This document shows positions 58,424 through 64,000 of a stretch of DNA of 64,000 nt, piece after piece. The stretch lies in assembly GCA_963777865.1 (NCBI GenBank), contig CAVZSG010000004.1, forward strand, positions 115,650 through 179,649, written 5' to 3'. Numbering within the stretch: position 1 is the stretch's first letter; each line of letters opens with the position of its first letter. A program made the translations under genes and the position numbers. The notes under the pieces are model-generated. The model did no database searches and was not told the DNA's origin. It saw nothing but the letters and a program-made list of their open reading frames with translations. The DNA is from an uncultured Chloroflexia bacterium. GTDB lineage: Bacteria > Chloroflexota > Chloroflexia > Thermomicrobiales > UBA6265.

Positions 58424-58554
58424 CGGCAGAGATGCCCAGCGGGCGCACCTGTAGATAGTGGTCGAGATTGCGCTTCGATGAGATTACCTGGAACGACGCC
58501 GGGACTGATCAGTTCGGGGAGCGGGATTGGGGTTTTGATGGGGTGGTTTGGGGT

Positions 58555-58700
58555 TGCTCTGTTGCGGACGGGGTGGGGTCCGGGAAACGGGGTGGTGCTG
58601 ACTAACGAGGCGGGTTCCCTCGTGGCCCTGTACGGAAGGCTGGTCCAACACAAATTTTGCACTGCCCAGGCCCGCCCTCCATGTCATGGGTGCCACTTGG
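58555..58700 (-). ncRNA. Candidate ncRNA, copy A
   Basis: Directly downstream of a consensus promoter; shares CAAGTGGCAC, GCGGGCCTGGGCAG, the CGAGG..CCTCGTTA hairpin and CCGTT..CCGGACCCC with copy B; no convincing ORF. Confidence 0.45.
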
Positions 58701-58704
58701 GCGC

Positions 58705-58753
58705 ATAGTAGCACATGTGTTCTGTTCTTGTCAAGAGTCGTAACTATCGTTCG
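58705..58753 (-). promoter_or_regulatory. Sigma70 promoter with LexA-type box (copy A)
   Basis: Minus strand TTGACA (58734-58729)-N18-TACTAT (58710-58705); AGAAC-ACAT-GTGCT at 58723-58710; second weaker CGAAC-GATA-GTTAC at 58753-58740. Confidence 0.7.
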
Positions 58754-58952
58754 CAATGAAGCTACCATCGAAGGCTATTCAGATCAATTCCGACGGGGGT
58801 GAAGACCCCAATCGACCGGGAGTATCCTGGTGCAAACGGTCAGGTTGGATGCTCTTTGGTGGGTCCACCCTTGAGCGGCCGGAATCCAATGCGGTCTGCC
58901 CTGCCGAAACGCTCAATCGAAAGGACCTGGGTCACAATCGTCTCATCCCATG

Positions 58953-60294
58953 TCATGGGATGCTGATTGTCGTCTCACAGTCGTCTAGAAGGATGTCGGA
59001 GCGACTGTCTGTACCGTCGCCACCGTTGCACTTATCGTTCGGGCCCGGGCCCCCGCCTAGCCAATCCGATCCGTCGCGGCCAAAAAGGGTGTCAGTACCT
59101 CCCTCGCCATCAAGAGAGAGTCGGCTCCTGCTCCGCCATAGATGCCATCGTCCCCCGCGCCGCCGTAGATGACATTTACGGACAGGTCCGGAATCGAGAT
59201 TGAACCAAAGCCGCCAATGGCAGGTCGTTCCCATCATCGCCATAAATCGTGTCGGCATATGACAAGCCGGTGATTGCTGGGCCGCTCTCAAAGTCACCCA
59301 GTATGTAGTCGTCGCCGGGTCCGCCATAGATGAGGTCATTCCCGGGATCCGGCGCTGATCTGATCGTTTCCGCTTCCGCCGGTGATGGTGTCGTTGCCCG
59401 GGTCCGCATCGCCTGCGATCGTTGGGGGCAGGAGACCGATCAGATCGGCTTCCGGTCCGCCATTCTCTATGTGGTTGCCAGGCCCGCCCAGGAGCAGATC
59501 GCTACCTGAGCTAGCGGAGAGGTAGTCATGACCGGGGCCACCCCACAGGCGGTCCGATCCGGATTCTCCGTACATCCGGTCGTTGCCGTTTTCGCCTTCG
59601 ACTGTGTCGTCGCCGCTGCCAGCGACCAGCTTGTCGTCACCATCTCCTCCAACCACGACATCGTTGCCATCGCCCGCCGAGAGCGAATCGTTGCCGACCT
59701 CTCCGGAAAGGGAGTCATTCCCATTCTGACCGTAGATGCGATCGCGGCCGCCCCCTCCGCTGGCGGCATCCCATCCATCTCCGAGGGTGATCTTGTCGTC
59801 ACCTTGTCCGCCGAATTCCCGGTCGTCGCCAGTTCCGCCGGCCAGCGAATCGTTGCCACCTTCTCCATAGATGTCGTCATTGCCGCCGCCACCACGAAGT
59901 TTGTCGTTCCCCTGCCGCCGTAGAGCTTGTCGTTTCCGTTGTCAGCGGTAACGTCGTCGTTGCCGTTTCCTGCATAGACCGTGCCTTCGCTTGATGTGAT
60001 GTCGATTACATCCGAGCCGTCACCGGAATCGATCTTGACTGTGCCGACTCCGGTGACGATTCGATCATTACCGGTACCCGAACAGATCAGATCATTGCCC
60101 CCTTTGCCATTAATGACATCCGGACCGGCCGAACCGACAATCACGTCCGATCCGGTTGTTCCGGAAAAGGTTCCTGATCCAGTGATCGTGGCTGATTTGC
60201 CGAAGCAGCTCGCAGCAAGGACAGGTTGGGCAGAGGAAGTAAAGAGCACAAATAGCAGGGGCGCGAGTACGGAAAGGCGTTGAAGACGGATCAT
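58953..60294 (-). CDS. Secreted calcium-binding RTX-repeat protein 3 (several frameshifts)
   Basis: AGGAG RBS, signal peptide ending 'PVLA', 'SCFGKSATITGSG...NDLICSG', GGxGxD repeats, end 'GPGPNDKCNGGDGTDSRSDILLDDCETTISIP'. Confidence 0.85.
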
Positions 60295-60352
60295 CGGCAA
60301 ATCTCCTCAGGTACGCAGCCAGAGACCAGTGGCTGAAATGTCGGTTCGCTCT

Positions 60353-61690
60353 TCATGGGATGCTCACAACCGTCTCACAGTCGTCCAGTAGGATGTCAGA
60401 CCGAGAATCCGTGCCTTCTCCGCCGTCACATACGTCGTTGGGGCCAGGACCGCCGCCGAGCCAATCACTGCCTTGAAATCCGTAAAGCGAATCGGTGTCC
60501 GCTTCGCCGTAAAGGGCATCATTGCCACCAGCACCGAACAGCAGATCATTTCCGCTCCCACCAGACAAGACATTGGCGGATTGATCATAGTTTCCAGAGT
60601 AAAGCGTACCGCCAAGAATGACGTCATCTCCGTCTCCGCCATTTATTTCATCGCCAGAGTCGTACAGTGATCCGTTGACGCCATCTCTGAACTCGCCCAT
60701 CAGGTAGTGTCGTTCCCCCCTGCCCGTAAATGACGTCTGCTCCGGTACCACCGGCGATGTAGTCGTCTCCAGAGCCGCCGTCGATCAGATCGTTACCGGG
60801 ATCCTGGTCGTTGGTAGCGTCGTCCTATAGGCACCAATCTGATCGTCTCCGGACCCGCCATTCTGGATGTCGTTACCCGGTCGTCCATAAAGGAGGTCGC
60901 CACCATCGTTACCCGACAGATAGTCGTCCCCGTTGCCTCCATCGAGCAAATCACTCCCGCCCTCTCCATAGAGACGATCGTTACCCGCAAATCCATACAT
61001 CTTGTCATTTCCGGAACCAGCAACCAGCTTATCGTCTCCACCTCCTCCGTCTGAGAAGTCTTCCCCACTCCCTGCTGAAACTGAATCGTTCTCCGATCCA
61101 CCAAAAATATGGTCATCGCCGTCCTGACCGTACATCCGGTCGCGGCCTGCATCTCCACTGGCTTGGTCGTTCCCCAAACCGAGCGTTATCTTGTCATCTC
61201 CCTCACGGCCGATAAGCGTATCGTTGCCATCACCTCCGGCCAGGGAATCCGACCCGCTCCCTCCGTCGATTGTGTCATTGCCCTCGCCACCGCGAACCTT
61301 GTCATTGCCGTTGCCTCCGAACAACTGGTCAACGAAATCTCCACCGGTGAGATCGTCGTTGCCGTCACGTCCGTAGATGGAGTTGGTGCCAGTGCCTGCG
61401 ACGACAATGTCCGAACCTGGCCCGGCGTCTATGGTTGCGTTACCGATACCGGTAGTAATCCGGTCGTTGCCGCTACCACCGCAAATGAGATCGTTTCCTC
61501 CCCCGCCACTTATCACATCCGGTCCTGGCGATCCCCAAATTACGTCCGCACCAGGTCCACCAGAAATTGCTCCTGAACCAGTGATTGTCGGAATCTCGCC
61601 AAAGCATGAATCTGCCGCGCGCGTCGCGGGCGGTGGCGACGCGACGATGAGCAATGCTACGGACGCGAGAAACATGTTGACATGTCGCAC
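60353..61690 (-). CDS. Secreted calcium-binding RTX-repeat protein 4 (frameshifted)
   Basis: Signal peptide ending 'ATRA', 'SCFGEIPTITGSG...NDLICGG', GGxGxD repeats, end 'GPGPNDVCDGGEGTDSRSDILLDDCETVVSIP'. Confidence 0.85.
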
Positions 61691-62079
61691 GGTGGTGACC
61701 TCCATCAGCTGGCACTAGTCGAACAGAAGCCCTTTCGAGGTGCTGCGCTGGAGCCTTTCACCGACTTCTGACACGCTCAAATTAGGGTGATGATGTTGCC
61801 AGCGGTATCCGTAAGGTTACGTATTCCGTTGCCGATCGGCTGAATCAAGACCAGCTGTCGGCAGAAGGATCCGACCTGTGAACAAGCAATGAAGGCAACA
61901 AGGCACGAGAAAGGGGCATTCCCACAAGCGGCATTGCCTGGCTCCACTGGCCGGGCGCGCAATTGTCTTTGCGTTAGTTTCAGTAGGGATTTATGACAAT
62001 CGAACCCGCATCGACCAATCATCAACCGCACGAGGACCGATTCGTCCCCGCCCCCGACCAAATCTACGGATGCGAGAGG

Positions 62080-62105
62080 GCGGGCTGATTGCCACGTGCC
62101 CCTAC
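62080..62105 (-). repeat. GTAG-type REP-like imperfect palindrome
   Basis: Minus strand GTAGGGGCACGTGGCAATCAGCCCGC: GTAG tag followed by a short GGGC..GCCC stem. Confidence 0.35.
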
Positions 62106-62152
62106 GAGTCGCGACGTGGCTCATTGCCATCAACCAACAATCTCATTACCGA

Positions 62153-62198
62153 CGAACGTGGTACGCCCATTGACACAATAGAACACGTGTACTACTCT
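62153..62198 (+). promoter_or_regulatory. Sigma70 promoter with LexA-type box (copy B)
   Basis: TTGACA (62170-62175)-N17-TACTCT (62193-62198); AGAAC-ACGT-GTACT at 62180-62193 inside the spacer. Confidence 0.75.
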
Positions 62199-62204
62199 GT
62201 ACGT

Positions 62205-62380
62205 CAAGTGGCACGTTCGGTATGAGCGCGGGCCTGGGCAGCGGTAGTATCGTCCCGAGGTTGTTCCTCGTTAATGCCACTGCCGGTGTCAGGACCGGCC
62301 ATCCGGGGGCTGAAAGACGCACAATTCCTCCCTGTCCACACGAACGGTCGCTCCGTTCCGATTCCGGGACCCCGAGAGCA
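62205..62380 (+). ncRNA. Candidate ncRNA, copy B
   Basis: Begins about 7 nt after the -10 box; AGTGGCA (62207-13) can pair with TGCCACT (62275-81); internal CGAGG/CCTCG hairpin; downstream GCCGGT/ACCGGC hairpin; motifs shared with copy A. Confidence 0.5.
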
Positions 62381-62387
62381 GACAAAA

Positions 62388-62452
62388 TAGTTGTCAGTTT
62401 GCGGTTGTCAGTTGGCAGACAAAAGAGTTTCTGGTTTCTAGTTTCTCGTTTC
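62388..62452 (+). repeat. Heptamer tandem repeats (GTTGTCA-like; GTTTCTN)
   Basis: 'gttgtca gtttgcg gttgtca gttggca' and 'gtttctg gtttcta gtttctc gtttccc'; GTTGTCAGT recurs twice at 62870-62893. Confidence 0.7.
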
Positions 62453-62486
62453 CCGCCTGCAAACGACGCACCCAACAGCGCGATCG

Positions 62487-62555
62487 CCCCTCTCCGCCAA
62501 ACCGAATCTCTATCCGCAGTCACCGTTGATTGGCGGAGAGGGGTTGGGGGTGAGG
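62487..62555 (-). repeat. REP-like palindrome of the CCTCACCCC..CCCTCTCC/GGAGAGGG type
   Basis: Perfect 14-bp inverted repeat CCCCTCTCCGCCAA (62487-62500)/TTGGCGGAGAGGGG (62530-62543) followed by TTGGGGGTGAGG. Confidence 0.65.
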
Positions 62556-62625
62556 TCGTGCAGTGCGCTGCGTGGCACGGGTTTCGTTCATTCCCGAAGT
62601 GCCCAGGTCGCATTGCCATGCGACG

Positions 62626-62853
62626 CTACGGGGTGTTTTCGGATTTGCGGCGTTTCTTCCCTTTCGAGCTTCCGCCCAGGGTGCCGAGGAAGGGGGAGCC
62701 GGCGCCGAAGAGGAAGCCGAGGTCGTACCAGCTTCCGGCGCGTTGCGGGTCGTAGACCGGTTGGCCGTCGAAGATGCCGATGATGTGTCCGCCCAGGACG
62801 ATCCAGCCGGTGATTCCGTTCCAAAGTCCCCAAAGCAGGTCGTGCCACCACAT
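62626..62853 (-). CDS. Small membrane protein
   Basis: AGGAG RBS before ATG at 62853; 'LWGLWNGIT...VYD...WYDLGFLFG' and a basic tail; 75 aa. Confidence 0.75.
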   Translation of the reverse strand: MWWHDLLWGLWNGITGWIVLGGHIIGIFDGQPVYDPQRAGSWYDLGFLFGAGSPFLGTLGGSSKGKKRRKSENTP

Positions 62854-62997
62854 ATGTCGCTTCGCTCCTGTTGTCAGTTCGCGAGTTGTCAGTGTGTCCG
62901 AGGGTAGATTTCCGTTTCCAGCCATCCGGTTGCCGACCGAGGTAATCGGGGTTTTCACCCCGACACTACGTTGTGGACGCTGTCTCGAACTGCTCGC

Positions 62998-63700
62998 CTA
63001 CTTCAGGCTGAAGGGCGGGTAGACGTCGATCACGAGGGTGCCGGTGTAGGCGATTACGTCGGCTTGTCCCAGCGCATTGACGCCCTCAACGAATTCGAAC
63101 ATGGCCGCGCGGTAGCGTCCGGTGAAGACGATCGGCGAACCAGGCACCGATCACGACGACGAGTCTGCGGCCACGCAATAGTCGACGAAGAAGAGCGCGA
63201 TGAAATGCGCGGCATGGCCAGCGAATTCCACTTGTACGAGTTCGGCGTTGTACCGGTTACAGGTCGTTGTCGGCACGTCCGGATAGGCGAAGTCGAGATG
63301 GACCGATTGCTGTTCATCGTCGTTCGAGGGGTACTTGTCGTCCATGCAGGGCGACGTAGGCCACGACGCCGGTTGGTAAAGCGTTGCAGCTCGAGGTTCC
63401 AGTCGAACCACCACCGCTCGGGTACTTCTGCCGCAAGACGATCATCATCGCGGTCGCGGCGACCAGGATCGCCACCGGTCCACCCGGCGCTTGCGACCCG
63501 TCGGCTCAGCAGTTGCCTTGTCCGTGCATGGACCGCACGCCGTCGGGCCAGGTCGGAGCCGCCATCACCGCCCCCGCGATGATCAGGATCGGGATGGCGA
63601 CGATCCGGGCGAATCAAAGTCGACCACCGATTAAGCGGGCGATGCCAGGCATAGTCGACGGAGAATTCGCAGTGGATACGGTCGTTCGGTATTGCCTGAG
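62998..63700 (-). CDS. DUF4389 domain membrane protein (heavily frameshifted; start uncertain)
   Basis: Across frames: 'FSVDY..RPLNRWSTL..IVAIPILII', 'WWFDWNLELQRFTNR', 'DDKYPSNDDEQQSVHLDFAYPDV', end 'AYTGTLVIDVYPPFSLK*'. Confidence 0.78.
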
Positions 63701-63820
63701 CGACCCTTGCCAGACGATTCCGCGGATTGGACCGGTAGCCGGGGTCGCAATCCGTCGGACCAGGTGATCGTCATCGGTTCCGTTCGGAGTCTCGCATGTG
63801 GCAATGCCGCGACAAGTCAT

Positions 63821-63855
63821 AAAAGCGGAGCCCCTCGCCTTGCGGCTAGGGGCTC
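63821..63855 (-). terminator. Intrinsic terminator
   Basis: GAGCCCCT/AGGGGCTC stem followed on the minus strand by CGCTTTT. Confidence 0.65.
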
Positions 63856-63863
63856 GTTAGTTA

Positions 63864-63896
63864 TTCGTCTCTTCGACTTCTCGACTCCTCGACTTC
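63864..63896 (-). repeat. Second copy of the 8-bp AGTCGAGG-type tandem repeat (opposite orientation)
   Basis: Minus strand: agtcgagg agtcgaga agtcgaag agacgaat. Confidence 0.7.
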
Positions 63897-64000
63897 TAGC
63901 TCAGCGAGAACGGTGGGTACTTGTCGGTGACGAGGGTGCCGGCGTAGGCGATGACGCGGTTGTTCCAGCGGAGGACGCCTTCGACGAAGTTGAACATCCA
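63896..64000 (-). CDS. DUF4389 domain protein, 3' end (runs off the window)
   Basis: My translation of the minus strand: 'WMFNFVEGVLRWNNRVIAYAGTLVTDKYPPFSLS*'. Confidence 0.85.
   Translation of the reverse strand, partial: WMFNFVEGVLRWNNRVIAYAGTLVTDKYPPFSLS

Noticed and set aside
58953-61690. Diversity-generating retroelement or gene-conversion cassette at the similar RTX 3' ends
   Set aside because: Differences are mainly synonymous and not adenine-specific; no reverse transcriptase in the window.
62205-62310. HDV-like ribozyme fold in copy B (P1 AGTGGCA/TGCCACT, L3-like TTCCTCGT)
   Set aside because: No clean P2 or J4/2 could be built, and copy A does not keep this arrangement but does keep the CGAGG/CCTCG hairpin.
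62222-62755. 177-aa plus-strand ORF as the product of promoter B
   Set aside because: No RBS, runs through heptamer and REP repeats and antisense into a real gene; only 'AGLGS' is shared with the copy A frame.

Overview
64 kb of GC-rich bacterial chromosome, most likely Chloroflexota (Thermomicrobiales-like). This rests on the 'xxETGH/xxDTGH...QYF' repeats in the L,D-transpeptidase, Gram-positive-type SOS boxes and overall gene content, and is an inference. Many genes, including normally conserved ones (mutS, hemW, an RpoD-family sigma factor, recJ, pyrD), are broken by single-base indels. This points to uncorrected long-read errors, so split ORFs are merged below. Content: housekeeping genes (mutS, hemW, lon, recJ, pyrD, serA, ndh, iscA/erpA-like, sigma factor), a c-di-GMP cluster (GAF-GGDEF-HD-GYP plus three tandem TPR-GGDEF genes), a rubredoxin-GltD/DsrL-like-ferredoxin flavoprotein, an 11-mer-repeat LEA-like protein, four signal-peptide-bearing RTX-repeat proteins, a GMC/GH88/crotonase locus containing an MntA-HepT toxin-antitoxin pair, and fdhF/ydeP-fdhD. 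No rRNA, tRNA, CRISPR array or transposase was recognised. Most novel-looking signals: (1) two homologous ORF-less elements at ~58.6-58.75 kb (-) and ~62.15-62.38 kb (+), each a near-consensus sigma70 promoter with a LexA-type box in its spacer followed by conserved, partly structured sequence (candidate SOS-induced ncRNA family), pointing outward around two RTX genes; (2) a HAD phosphatase-SerA fusion; (3) a HepT with Phe at the AMPylation-acceptor Tyr position.
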